Assembly (NCBI RefSeq): GCF_013122565.1 | Contig: NZ_CP053258.1 | Origin: Escherichia coli | GTDB taxonomy: Bacteria > Pseudomonadota > Gammaproteobacteria > Enterobacterales > Enterobacteriaceae | Direction: 5' to 3' (one strand) | DNA: 64,000 bases | Part shown: positions 18,501 through 28,609 of the stretch, piece by piece | Position numbering within the stretch: the first letter of the stretch is position 1 | Layout: each line of letters opens with the position of its first letter | Position numbers and translations under genes: made by a program | The notes under the pieces: generated by a model | What the model was told of the DNA's origin: nothing | The model's input: only the letters and a program-made list of their open reading frames with translations | Database searches by the model: none

Positions 18501-20897
18501 CGGATAGTTTTCCAGCGGATCTGCTGCTAAAAAGTCGGTAAGTGCAGTCATTACCTCAGGTTGTTGGTAACGGCTGGCAATTTTTTTCAGCAACGCGAGA
18601 TGACCATTATTGGCCAGGTAGCGTAATGTCATCCGGGCATCTTGTTGTTCTTTAACTGGTTTACTCAGCGCAATGGGCAGCAGCCCGGTAATGGCATGTT
18701 CCGGGTAGGTGGTGAGCCAATATTCAGCGACATCTCGTACGGATTTTAACTGGCAAAATGCGCGGGCCATCAGCAGGGCAACTTCAGTGGAACCGAATTG
18801 AGCGGCGAGGGGAACCGCCTCCTTAGGGTTTACCAGGGCATAACGCAACAGACCTGGTACCGTAGATAGACCAAATCGCTCAACCACTTTTTCAGCACCC
18901 ACGAGGTGCATGTGTGAGAGTCCATTCCAGATTGAGAGCGCTTTCTCTGCTGGTAGACGAGTGAGTATGGATACAGAAAAGGTAATAAAACCTTCATAAT
19001 CATACTTTGGTCGGGTATTTAACAACGATTCATAATCTTCCGTTTCCAGCAGACGAATGGCCGTTTTTGTTACGCCCCATTTAATATCAAATCTTTCTGG
19101 ATCAGGATTATTCTCATCAAATGCTCCGCTTCTGAATCCCAGGCGGCGTAAGACTTCAGCAGTAGAAGGTATTTCTGCTTCGGGTTGTGGCTGAGGTTTG
19201 GGGCCAATGGACTCCAGAGGTAATACGGGTAATGTAAATATCGTCGTGGCTGATTTATTCTTTTTCTTCAGCCAAATTGGATTAGTTAATATACCGGGTA
19301 ACTCACAAGCATTGGCTATCTCTTCTTTAGCATGCAATTGAGGGAAATAACTGAATAAAAGTTGTTTCTGTTCCTCACTCAACCAGGGCATTGTATTACG
19401 CAAGGTTTGAGCATTACCTAATACAATTTGTTCCATCAGGCGAGAATACCTCAGATTTTTAGCACTAAGCAAAGCTGCAGTAAGGGCATAAAGCGCCGAT
19501 TCTGGGTACTTCGAAGCCGAAATTTCGACACCTATGGCACATTCCTCTTTGATAAACAACGTAACGACATCAGGATGGTTAATTTCCTGAAGTGCGTGTC
19601 TGACAGGATAACTATCGTTAACGCCCTCTTGCAGACGTGACAGCGCATTAAGACCTTGTTCACGCAGTAGGGTTTTAATACAACGCTTCGTCATATCGCC
19701 TCCCCATCCCGTTGTGAGTTCAAGTTGATGGAAATGCTTCAGCAGACACGTTGCTTGTGGGTCAGTTGTGACAAGGGAAAGCCACTCAATCTCTGGGTAA
19801 TCATGCATAGGGGCAATTTCCAGGGCTATCTGATTGGCAATATCTGGTTTTTCTGGTAGCAAAAAAGCAATTAATGGGCGTCTGCGGGCAGGCAGTGAAG
19901 GGAGAGCATCTATGAGTTTATTAGCACAGCGTTGCCAGGTTTCCTCATCTGTGTGCGAAAGGTGTTCTCGTAAACGTAACTCTATTTCGTCGCTGAATCC
20001 ATATTTGTAGCGCATGTCGGAAATATCGTGGCTAAGGCTTACTACAGGTAGATAATAATTGTCTGCCATTTCCCCTCTTCTCAGCGCACTAAAAAGACTA
20101 TTGTAATGAAGTTTTAAAGTGGCATTTTTTGTAGGATCGGTATTTGCGTCGTCAGTCATTTGTACATGCTGTATAGCGATAACTAACTCAGTGGCATACT
20201 CAAGGCCTCGCAGTTGCACTATGCTATCCAGCCATGTATGAGGGCGACCGGGGCAGCCGATAATTAATCTTGTTAGTGTCAATATGGCGTCGGAAAGCAA
20301 CGATCCGTCTTGCTGTAATTTATGGATGCGCGAAATAGTTTCCTGTAACGCCAATTGCCATTCTGACTGGCATTGGCTGACATCGAGCTTTTGCAGACAG
20401 GCAAGGTAAAATGCTGCCCAATATGGGTACTTTTTTAGTTGCATCCAGAAGAAACCATCTTTATCAACAATGTCCAGAGGATCATTAATCAAGTGACGAT
20501 GGCTAAACGGCGCGGGTTCATCATTGGCAAAAATAACAATTGACTCACCGTCCTTCAGCCAGGGCGGCGTTTCCAACGTGGGCATCGCTTGTGGCTGTGC
20601 CGTTTCAGGCGTTGTGAAGTTTCCGGTTGGTATTGCTAACTCTTGTACTGAAATTGTGCTTGATATCGGAGAATTTATGATGGTTTCTGGCGAACCATGC
20701 TTCACATATCCCTTCTTCATCTTCTCCGCAATCAGCTTCAGTTCCGCTTTTTCCGCCGCTGCAGCATCTGCAAAGCTTTTTACCTGGCTTTGCCCGTTAG
20801 TACCGACTTTGCCCCAGGTAATATGCAGCTCGTTTCCCTGCTGCTCCACCGCCCAGAATTTATGTGATTTTTCATCCTGATAAATATAGGTTTTCAT
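17061..20897 (-). CDS. MolR-family protein, paralog C (1278 aa), N-terminal WGR-like domain
   Basis: Intact ORF; C-terminal ~480 aa nearly identical to paralog B. Confidence 0.85.
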   Translation of the reverse strand: MKTYIYQDEKSHKFWAVEQQGNELHITWGKVGTNGQSQVKSFADAAAAEKAELKLIAEKMKKGYVKHGSPETIINSPISSTISVQELAIPTGNFTTPETAQPQAMPTLETPPWLKDGESIVIFANDEPAPFSHRHLINDPLDIVDKDGFFWMQLKKYPYWAAFYLACLQKLDVSQCQSEWQLALQETISRIHKLQQDGSLLSDAILTLTRLIIGCPGRPHTWLDSIVQLRGLEYATELVIAIQHVQMTDDANTDPTKNATLKLHYNSLFSALRRGEMADNYYLPVVSLSHDISDMRYKYGFSDEIELRLREHLSHTDEETWQRCANKLIDALPSLPARRRPLIAFLLPEKPDIANQIALEIAPMHDYPEIEWLSLVTTDPQATCLLKHFHQLELTTGWGGDMTKRCIKTLLREQGLNALSRLQEGVNDSYPVRHALQEINHPDVVTLFIKEECAIGVEISASKYPESALYALTAALLSAKNLRYSRLMEQIVLGNAQTLRNTMPWLSEEQKQLLFSYFPQLHAKEEIANACELPGILTNPIWLKKKNKSATTIFTLPVLPLESIGPKPQPQPEAEIPSTAEVLRRLGFRSGAFDENNPDPERFDIKWGVTKTAIRLLETEDYESLLNTRPKYDYEGFITFSVSILTRLPAEKALSIWNGLSHMHLVGAEKVVERFGLSTVPGLLRYALVNPKEAVPLAAQFGSTEVALLMARAFCQLKSVRDVAEYWLTTYPEHAITGLLPIALSKPVKEQQDARMTLRYLANNGHLALLKKIASRYQQPEVMTALTDFLAADPLENYPQKIAKLPGWCSPEVWHRPLLRSNGKALSDSAILHLCTMLSFPREATLYPGITQVIEACTPQSLADFAWDLFLSWESASGSAKDNWAFTTLGILGNDDTARKLTPLIRAWPGESQHKRATVGLDILAAIGSDIALMQLNGIAQKLKFKALQDQARTKIAQIAESRQLTVAELEDRLAPDLGLDDNGSLLLDFGPRQFTVSFDESLKPFVRDTSGNRLKDLPKPNKSDDETLAEEAVNRYKLLKKDVRTVAAQQISRLEAAMCQRRRWTAEQFRLFLVEHPLVRHITQRLMWGIYDADNHLICCFRVAEDGSFSDGQDTPFTLAQGCIGIPHVLEIPAPQAAEFAQLFSDYELLPPFRQLDRPWSQLSDSEKNSNDLQRWAGRQAASWRVAGLMNKGWQRGDVLDGGGYYSFYKAVDDGYVELSVTPGFCVGLPVTEISDNQKIEHIQLYKLTPRKSVYPFSVLDDITASELINDIESLFD

Positions 20898-20909
20898 TGC
20901 AAATTCCTT

Positions 20910-22350
20910 TTAATCAAACAGTGATTCAATATCGTTAATCAGCTCGCTGGCAGTGATGTCGTCGAGCACGGAGAAGGGATAAACCGATTTGCGCGGCGTC
21001 AGTTTGTACAACTGAATGTGCTCAATTTTTTGGTTATCGCTGATTTCGGTGACGGGCAATCCAACACAGAAGCCGGGTGTCACACTCAGTTCGACGTAGC
21101 CATCATCCACAGCTTTATAAAATGAGTAATAGCCGCCACCATCCAGAACATCGCCCCGTTGCCAGCCTTTATTCATCAGCCCGGCGACGCGCCCACTCGC
21201 TGCCTGGCGACCAGCCCAGCGCTGCAAATCGTTGCTGTTTTTTTCTGAATCAGAGAGCTGAGACCAGGGGCGATCAAGTTGACGGAACGGTGGCAGGAGT
21301 TCGTAGTCAGAGAACAGTTGGGCAAATTCAGCAGCCTGTGGGGCCGGGATTTCCAGCACATGCGGGATACCGATACAGCCCTGCGCAAGGGTTAACGGGT
21401 TATCGTGACCGTCGCTAAAACTGCCATCCTCCGCCACGCGAAAACAGCAAATAAGCTGATTATCAGCGTCATAAATGCCCCACATCAGACGTTGGGTGAT
21501 ATGACGAACCAGGGGATGCTCAACCAGAAACAGACGGAACTGTTCTGCAGTCCAGCGGCGACGCTGACACATGGCGGCTTCCAGACGCGAAATCTGTTGT
21601 GCAGCTACCGTGCGGACATCTTTTTTCAACAACTTGTAGCGACTTACCGCTTCCTCAGCCAGAGTTTCATCATCGCTTTTGTTCGGTTTGGGCAGGTCTT
21701 TCAGACGGTTGCCGGAAGCATCGCGCACAAACGGTTTTAAGGATTCATCAAAGCTGACGGTGAACTGGCGTGGGCCGAAATCCAGCAGCAGCGAACCGTT
21801 ATCATCCAGACCGAGATCGGGCGCTAACCGGTCTTCCAGCTCTGCGACAGTGAGCTGGCGGCTTTCGGCAATCTGGGCGATTTTAACTCTTGCCTGATCC
21901 TGCAAGGCTTTAAATTTTAGCTTTTGCGCAATGCCGTTAAGCTGCATAAGAGCGATATCGCTGCCGATAGCAGCAAGAATATCCAGCCCGACAGTGGCGC
22001 GTTTATGCTGGGATTCCCCTGGCCAGGCGCGGATGAGCGGGGTGAGTTTGCGGGCGGTGTCATCGTTACCCAGAATCCCCAGCGCGGTAAATGCCCAGTT
22101 ATCTTTAGCGGAGCCACTGGCAGATTCCCAACTGAGGAAGAGATCCCAGGCGAAATCAGCAAGAGACTGCGGAGTACAGGCCTCGATTACCTGTGTAATC
22201 CCGGGGTAAAGGGTGGCTTCACGGGGGAAAGAGAGCATGGTGCACAAGTTCAGGATAGCTGAGTCAGGAAGTGCCTTGCCGTTACTGTGCAGAAGCGGGC
22301 GATGCCATACTTCTGGCGAACACCAGGTGGGGAGTTTGGCGATTTTCTGC
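20910..22350. repeat. ~1.45-kb near-identical block shared by paralogs C and B (copy 2)
   Basis: See 17061..18500. Confidence 0.8.
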
Positions 22351-24650
22351 GGAAAATTATCGAGTGGGTCGCAGTTAAGGACATCTAACAAACCTGTAAG
22401 CACTTCTGGCTGATTATAGCGGTGGGCAATTTGTTCCATTAACGGCTGATGCCCATGATGAGCCAAATAGCGTATTGCCATCACAGCATCCTCACGTTCA
22501 CTGCCCGGTTTGCCGAGTACAGCAGGTAATAGACCTGTAATAGCATGTTCCGGATAGGTTAATAACCAACGCTGTGCGACGTCACGTACAGATTTTAGCT
22601 GACGAAAAGCGCGTGCCATTAATAGCGCCACGTCGGTTGTACCAAAACGTGCGGCTAAAGGAATGGCTTCCTGAGGTACGACTAAGGCGTGACGCAGCAA
22701 GCCGGGTAATGTGGGAAGACCGTAATAGTCCACTACTTCGCATGCGTTAATCAGATGTAGGTGAGTCAGTGCGTTCCATATTTTCAGTGCTTTATTTTCT
22801 GTTAGCTGAAGCAATACAGACACATTGACAAGGATATGACTTGCCCACCGAGGTTTATCCCAGATCTTTAATAAAGCTTCGTAATTGTCTTGCTCGAAAA
22901 AATCAATGGCAGCCTGAGGTATACCCCAACCAAGCTCTTCGCAATGGAAGTTCAACAAATCCAGGATATCTTTCGCTGATGGGGATGGCGCAGATGGCTC
23001 AGTCAGATTTTTTGTTGCGGGGATAGATTCCAGGGGGGAAAGAGGTAATACCCGGAGAGTGAGGTTGATACCAGCAACCTTTTTCTTTTTTTTCACCCAT
23101 GAAGGGGCGATCAATATACTAGGTAACTCATTCTGATGAGCAATTTTTTCGCTGGACATAAGCTGAGGAAAATAACTAAATAAAATTTGTTGCTGTTTTT
23201 CGTCAAGGCAGGGTAGCGTTTTATGTAAGGCTTGCGCATTACCCAAGATGATGCGCTCCAGTAAACGATAATAGCGCGGGTTATTTGTGTGATTTAAGGC
23301 TTTTGTTAATGCATAAAGTGCAGCTTCTGGATGTAAATTTGTTGCGCATTCCACTTCACTGATACATTCTTCTTTTATTAATATATTAATGGCGTCAGGA
23401 TGATTAACTTGTGTAATTAGATTTTTAACTGAATAACTATCCTTTATCCAACGCTGAAGAAGCGGAAGAGCTTTTACCCCTCGTTCGCGCAGTAATGTCG
23501 CAGTGCATTTTTCAGCCATCTGCCAGTCGTTATAGCGCTTAAGTTGGTTAAGATTCATTAATTCATTGAGTGCCTGCGCATCTGTGGCAACGATATCCAA
23601 CCATTCCATTTCTGGGTAATTAACACATTGCACTAAATCAAGGACAATTTGATTAGCAATTTCAGGTTGTTCAGGCAAAAGAAAACCAATTAAAGGACGT
23701 TTACGTGGAGACAGGAAAGGCAACGCTTGAGTAAGCTTTTTCATGCACCGTTGCCATGTTTTTTCATCAGTGCGCGAGAGATGATTTCGCAAGTGAAAAT
23801 CTACAGTGCTGAAGCCGAACTCAAAACGTTGTTCTGATATTGTGTTACTGAGAATAAGCGTTGGTACGGAATTATTTGTAAAAAAATTGTATTCCATGCG
23901 AACATACAAAAGGCATTTATTTAATGCATCACAATTTCCTGGATCTTGATTTTGATCATCAGATATCTGAATTTGCTGCAATAGCAAGACTAATTCGGTC
24001 GCGTATTCTACCCCATGTTGTTGCACCAGATAATCAAAAAGATCATTGACACTATCGCTATTTTGCATAAGTAACTTGACCAGCAAAAAGAATGCATCGG
24101 AGAAAATAGAACCGTCTATATTTTTCTGCTGAACGCGCATGATTGCTTCATCCCGGCCTCGTTGCCATTCCGGGCGGCAGTCACTCACATCAAAATGCTG
24201 TAATTGTGCAAGAAAATAGTATTCCTCATATTTGTTTTCCCATAAGAATGACCATAACGAGATATCTTTAGCAAACGTGCTGACACTGTCTGCTGGGAAT
24301 TTCCTACTGCTAAATACTCTCTTCGTTTCGAGAATAATTGGTTCAATGTCTGCAATCCACGGTGGTGTGTCGACATCAGTAATAATTGGATGTTGTTCGC
24401 TATCATCATCTGTGGTGGGAACAGCAATCAGCATGTTTATATCGTCAGTCGATTTTACATACCCCTTCTTCACCTTCTCCGCAATCAGCTTCAGTTCCGC
24501 TTTTTCCGCCGTTGCAGCATCTGCAAAGCTTTTTACCTGACTTTGCCCGTTAGTGCCGACTTTGCCCCAGTTGATATGCAGCTCGTTGTCTTGCTGCTCA
24601 ACCGCCCAGAATTTATGTGATTTTTCGTCCTGATAGATATAGGTTTTCAT
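20910..24650 (-). CDS. MolR-family protein, paralog B (1246 aa), N-terminal WGR-like domain
   Basis: Intact ORF; same N- and C-terminal blocks as paralog C, divergent middle. Confidence 0.85.
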   Translation of the reverse strand: MKTYIYQDEKSHKFWAVEQQDNELHINWGKVGTNGQSQVKSFADAATAEKAELKLIAEKVKKGYVKSTDDINMLIAVPTTDDDSEQHPIITDVDTPPWIADIEPIILETKRVFSSRKFPADSVSTFAKDISLWSFLWENKYEEYYFLAQLQHFDVSDCRPEWQRGRDEAIMRVQQKNIDGSIFSDAFFLLVKLLMQNSDSVNDLFDYLVQQHGVEYATELVLLLQQIQISDDQNQDPGNCDALNKCLLYVRMEYNFFTNNSVPTLILSNTISEQRFEFGFSTVDFHLRNHLSRTDEKTWQRCMKKLTQALPFLSPRKRPLIGFLLPEQPEIANQIVLDLVQCVNYPEMEWLDIVATDAQALNELMNLNQLKRYNDWQMAEKCTATLLRERGVKALPLLQRWIKDSYSVKNLITQVNHPDAINILIKEECISEVECATNLHPEAALYALTKALNHTNNPRYYRLLERIILGNAQALHKTLPCLDEKQQQILFSYFPQLMSSEKIAHQNELPSILIAPSWVKKKKKVAGINLTLRVLPLSPLESIPATKNLTEPSAPSPSAKDILDLLNFHCEELGWGIPQAAIDFFEQDNYEALLKIWDKPRWASHILVNVSVLLQLTENKALKIWNALTHLHLINACEVVDYYGLPTLPGLLRHALVVPQEAIPLAARFGTTDVALLMARAFRQLKSVRDVAQRWLLTYPEHAITGLLPAVLGKPGSEREDAVMAIRYLAHHGHQPLMEQIAHRYNQPEVLTGLLDVLNCDPLDNFPQKIAKLPTWCSPEVWHRPLLHSNGKALPDSAILNLCTMLSFPREATLYPGITQVIEACTPQSLADFAWDLFLSWESASGSAKDNWAFTALGILGNDDTARKLTPLIRAWPGESQHKRATVGLDILAAIGSDIALMQLNGIAQKLKFKALQDQARVKIAQIAESRQLTVAELEDRLAPDLGLDDNGSLLLDFGPRQFTVSFDESLKPFVRDASGNRLKDLPKPNKSDDETLAEEAVSRYKLLKKDVRTVAAQQISRLEAAMCQRRRWTAEQFRLFLVEHPLVRHITQRLMWGIYDADNQLICCFRVAEDGSFSDGHDNPLTLAQGCIGIPHVLEIPAPQAAEFAQLFSDYELLPPFRQLDRPWSQLSDSEKNSNDLQRWAGRQAASGRVAGLMNKGWQRGDVLDGGGYYSFYKAVDDGYVELSVTPGFCVGLPVTEISDNQKIEHIQLYKLTPRKSVYPFSVLDDITASELINDIESLFD

Positions 24651-24662
24651 TGCTAAATCCTT

Positions 24663-27600
24663 TTAATCAAACAGTGATTCGATGTCGTTAATCAGCTCGC
24701 TGGCGGTGATGTCGTTGAGCACGGAGAAAGTGGGTGAGGATTGTTTACCATAGCGATCATAAGGGGCGGTGATTTTTACGCTTTCGACAGGCAGCAGGTC
24801 GCTATACCCCGTTTCGCCATAAATTAATGAAAAAGGTTCTGTTTCAAGTTCGAGAGCGCCATAAGGGGTAGATTTGCGCATCGCATAGATGCTGCCGCTT
24901 TCTTCCAGACGTTGCCAGCCTCTGCGTTCCAGCCCGACAATGCGTCCGGCCTGGCAGAGACGTCCGTTCCAGCGTGACAATTCATGGGCATCACGCTCGT
25001 TATCCGCAAGGTGGTAACTACCACGATCGAGCTGTTGGAAAGGGGGAAGCAGTTCGTAATCAATGTATATTTGCCTGAATGCAGCGGCGGATTCAGGGGG
25101 GATTTCCAGCACATGCGGAATACCGATGTTTCCTGCTGGCAGCGTGAATAGCTCATCCTGCGCATCGCTGTAAGTGCTGTCTTCTGCCACACGAAAACAG
25201 GTGATAAGGGCGTTTTCATCGTTATAAACCCCCCATAACAGCCGTCGGGTTAAGTGACGTACCAGCGGATGCTCCACCAGAAACAGGCGGAACTGCTCTG
25301 CCGTCCAGCGTCTGCGCTGGCACATAGCCTGCTCCAGACGATCAATCTGCTGGCTGGCAATGGCGCGCACATCTTTCTTCAATTGTTTAAAGAGGTTAAC
25401 GGCGTCAGTTGCCAGTGTTTGATCATCGCTCTGGTTTGGTTTGGGTAAATCTTTCAGGACTTTGCCGTTTGCGTCGCGAACCACGGGTTTCAAGGTTTCG
25501 TTAAAACCAACGGTGAATTGACGTGGGCCGAAATCAAGTGTCAGCGAGCCATTGCTATCAAGCCCTAAATCTGGAGCCAGGCGGTCTTCCAGTTCAGCCA
25601 TAGTCAGCCCACGGTTTTCAGCAACTATGTTGATTTTCTCGCGGGCATGTTCCTGTAATGCTTTGAATTTAATTTTTCGCGCGATGCCATTAAGCAGCAT
25701 TAGCGCAACATCGCTGCCAATATCAGCTAATACATCCAGCCCGGACACCGCCCGTTTATGCTGGGATTCCCCAGGCCAGGCGCGGATGAGCGGAGTTAAT
25801 TTACGCGCGGTGTCGTCATTGCCTAAAATCCCAAGCGAAGTAAATGCCCAGTTTTCTTTTGCTGGGGCACCAGCTTCTGTCCAGGCGGTATACAGATCCC
25901 AGCCAAAGTCAGCCAGTGATTCGCGGGTGAAGGTTTCTCTAATGATATCCAGCCCAGCGTAGGCGGTAATGTCGCGTGGAAAGCTCAACATTGTGCCGAG
26001 GTGGCGCATAGCGTCATCTGGCAGAGGCAGGTTGTTACTTTTAAGCCGAGGTCTGTGCCATAAGGTGAACTGATAAAAGCCGGGCAGTGGGGCGATTTTT
26101 GCAGGATATTCTTCCAGTGGGTCGCTATCAAATAATGTTGCCAGCGCAGCTAAAACATCAGGTTGATTATATCCTTGGGCGATTTCCTCAATCGTTTCTC
26201 GCTGGTTTAAATTCACCAGCAGGCGGAGCGCCTGGCGGGCACAATCACGATCTTTTCCTTTTTTGCCCAGGGCCACAGGAAGTAGCCCGGCGGCGGCATG
26301 GCGCGGATAATCAGTTAGCCAGTTTCGCGCATCTTCATAAGACATTTTTTTCTGTAATTGTTGCGCCATCGGTAAGGCCAGTTCACTGACACCGAGGAAA
26401 AAGGGGAAGAAGCACAGGCGTCGTGGATCACGTTGCAGGCAGGTCATAAATGCAGGTATGGCGGCGCTACCAAAAAGTGCCAGAATATTTCCCTCACCAG
26501 AGTAGTTATCTTCTTTGACTATCTGGTTAAGAAAAGAAATGGCCTGTTGACCAGGCAGGTAACAGAGGGCAATAAGATTCCAGCTTTTGTATGCATTGTT
26601 ATGGTATTGCACAAATTCAGCATTCAATGCTGGAAAATCGAAGCGTAGCAGGGCATCAACGGCACTTTGTGGCGCCGGAATTTTTTCGTATATTTTTTCT
26701 CCGCTCTCCCGCCATTTTTCAAAACCAAGATGCCACAGTATTTGTTGCTCCGGTGTAAGCGGTATTAAGTGTTTCTCCCAGCTTGCTTTTTTCATCGGTG
26801 CCAGGTCGGTAAACAATGTTTGTTTTGTCGCCTGCTGTTGGGCTATTTGCTGGAAGCGGGTGATAAGGTAAGTACGGGTCAGTTTTTTGGCAATCTCTGG
26901 AGTGATATCCGAAACAGAAGGAACTGGGAGCACAGGAAGATCAAACACCGGCGTATTTTTCTTTTTCTCTTTGGTCATCCAGGGAGGCGAAACAAACAGC
27001 TCTGGCAACATATCCGCAGTGGCATATTCACATTCTTCAGCGACTGACTGCGGACGACATTCAGATAAGATGCCAGCGGCTTTGGCATTAACCCAGGGAA
27101 TGACGTCGCATACTAACTCTGGCGTGATGGTAATCAGTTTGATAAGTGCGTTACGCCACTGTGCATCTTCATGTATTGCCAGCAAAGTAGCATAAGCGGC
27201 AAGAGCCGCAGCGGGATGTTTTTGACAGGCTTTGCTTAAGTATTCCAGGTGCTTTTTCTTGCCAATCACACCGAGGATCAGAATTTGAATCGCATCCGGG
27301 TGATTCGTTTTCCATAGCCATTTGACAAGATTTTCAGTCTCGCTGTTGCGCTCGAAAAGATAAGTGGGATTGTCAGAATGCTCTTCCGTAAACTCAAGAA
27401 GGATCTGGCTTACACCCCGAATTCCATTATTCGCCAGCAACATTGCCAGATAAGCGCGAAAATTACGAAAATCACGATACAACGGTGGGAAGTCGTATTT
27501 TTCCACTGTACTAAGAGCAGTATCATCGGTTATCACCAGTCTTAACCAGGTCATCGCCGGAACGTTTTGGTCTGCATAGCGTAGAGCCATAGCATTGGCA

Positions 27601-28469
27601 ATATCCGGGCGTTCAGGGAGCAGTAACGCCGCAAAAGGTTGCCGTGCTGGAGATAGCGAGGGAATAGCCGCGAGTACTTTATCTACACAGCGTTGCCACT
27701 CATCTTCTGAAGCGAGTGAAAGATGATGACATAGACGTTGATGCCAACTAGGTAGCGATTCTGCTTCGTGATTAGGTGGAATGATGGTGGTTACTGCGCC
27801 TTTTACTGGTTTATATCTAAGTTGAATAGCGAGAAGGGCAATTTCAACGGCGCTTTCCAGACCACAGCGAATGACTAAGTCATCGACCAGTTCATCTGCA
27901 GAGTAAGAGTTCCAGAAACTCCAGAGCAATGCTGCATCAGATTGCGCACTCCCTGTCTGTTGATTACCCTGAACTCGCATTTGTAACTCAGCAAAAGCAT
28001 GCTGCCAGTTTTCTGGATAAGAACGGTAATTGTTGTCGGGATCATATGCCCTGGTGTTATCTGCAATACGCTTCCATATCTCACCGTCTTTGCGCAGATA
28101 ATTGATCTCTCTGGGGCGAGAGCGATGAGGGAAAGCAAATCGATTAATATCGTCAGTTACCGGAATGACTGCATCATCAGCCAGCCATGGGCGTTTGTTT
28201 TTACTCTCAAGGGAAGTTTCAACTTCAGGAGTGGCTTTGGTGCTGGAGATATGCACGTTTGCTGAAGCATCTTCCACATAGCCTTTTTTCGTTTTCTCTG
28301 CGATAAGCTTTAGTTCCGCTTTTGCCGCTGCCGCAGCATCCGCAAAACTTTTTACCTGGCTTTGCCCTTGGGTGCCAACTTTTCCCCAACTGATATGCAA
28401 CTCGTTTCCCTGTTGCTCCACCGCCCAGAATTTATGTGATTTTTCGTCCTGATAGATAAAGCGTCTCAT
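24663..28469 (-). CDS. molR: MolR-family protein, paralog A (1268 aa), first gene of the array next to metG
   Basis: Intact ORF; N-terminus MRRFIYQDEKSHKFWAVEQQGNELHISWGKVG; occupies the K-12 molR (pseudogene) position. Confidence 0.8.
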   Translation of the reverse strand: MRRFIYQDEKSHKFWAVEQQGNELHISWGKVGTQGQSQVKSFADAAAAAKAELKLIAEKTKKGYVEDASANVHISSTKATPEVETSLESKNKRPWLADDAVIPVTDDINRFAFPHRSRPREINYLRKDGEIWKRIADNTRAYDPDNNYRSYPENWQHAFAELQMRVQGNQQTGSAQSDAALLWSFWNSYSADELVDDLVIRCGLESAVEIALLAIQLRYKPVKGAVTTIIPPNHEAESLPSWHQRLCHHLSLASEDEWQRCVDKVLAAIPSLSPARQPFAALLLPERPDIANAMALRYADQNVPAMTWLRLVITDDTALSTVEKYDFPPLYRDFRNFRAYLAMLLANNGIRGVSQILLEFTEEHSDNPTYLFERNSETENLVKWLWKTNHPDAIQILILGVIGKKKHLEYLSKACQKHPAAALAAYATLLAIHEDAQWRNALIKLITITPELVCDVIPWVNAKAAGILSECRPQSVAEECEYATADMLPELFVSPPWMTKEKKKNTPVFDLPVLPVPSVSDITPEIAKKLTRTYLITRFQQIAQQQATKQTLFTDLAPMKKASWEKHLIPLTPEQQILWHLGFEKWRESGEKIYEKIPAPQSAVDALLRFDFPALNAEFVQYHNNAYKSWNLIALCYLPGQQAISFLNQIVKEDNYSGEGNILALFGSAAIPAFMTCLQRDPRRLCFFPFFLGVSELALPMAQQLQKKMSYEDARNWLTDYPRHAAAGLLPVALGKKGKDRDCARQALRLLVNLNQRETIEEIAQGYNQPDVLAALATLFDSDPLEEYPAKIAPLPGFYQFTLWHRPRLKSNNLPLPDDAMRHLGTMLSFPRDITAYAGLDIIRETFTRESLADFGWDLYTAWTEAGAPAKENWAFTSLGILGNDDTARKLTPLIRAWPGESQHKRAVSGLDVLADIGSDVALMLLNGIARKIKFKALQEHAREKINIVAENRGLTMAELEDRLAPDLGLDSNGSLTLDFGPRQFTVGFNETLKPVVRDANGKVLKDLPKPNQSDDQTLATDAVNLFKQLKKDVRAIASQQIDRLEQAMCQRRRWTAEQFRLFLVEHPLVRHLTRRLLWGVYNDENALITCFRVAEDSTYSDAQDELFTLPAGNIGIPHVLEIPPESAAAFRQIYIDYELLPPFQQLDRGSYHLADNERDAHELSRWNGRLCQAGRIVGLERRGWQRLEESGSIYAMRKSTPYGALELETEPFSLIYGETGYSDLLPVESVKITAPYDRYGKQSSPTFSVLNDITASELINDIESLFD

Positions 28470-28577
28470 TCTGCATCCCTGTAATTTTATCCAGTTGAAT
28501 GCAGATGCTACCAGTATTTATGCGGGTTAGAGAGAGACAAAATCGCAAGAAAACAACTTTAGGAATTTATAAAGAAA

Positions 28578-28600
28578 AGGCGCTGTCGATGCAGCGCCTT
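28578..28600 (-). terminator. Probable metG intrinsic terminator
   Basis: aaggcgctg-tcgatg-cagcgcctt hairpin followed on minus strand by T-rich run. Confidence 0.5.
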
Positions 28601-28609
28601 GAAGGGGGA

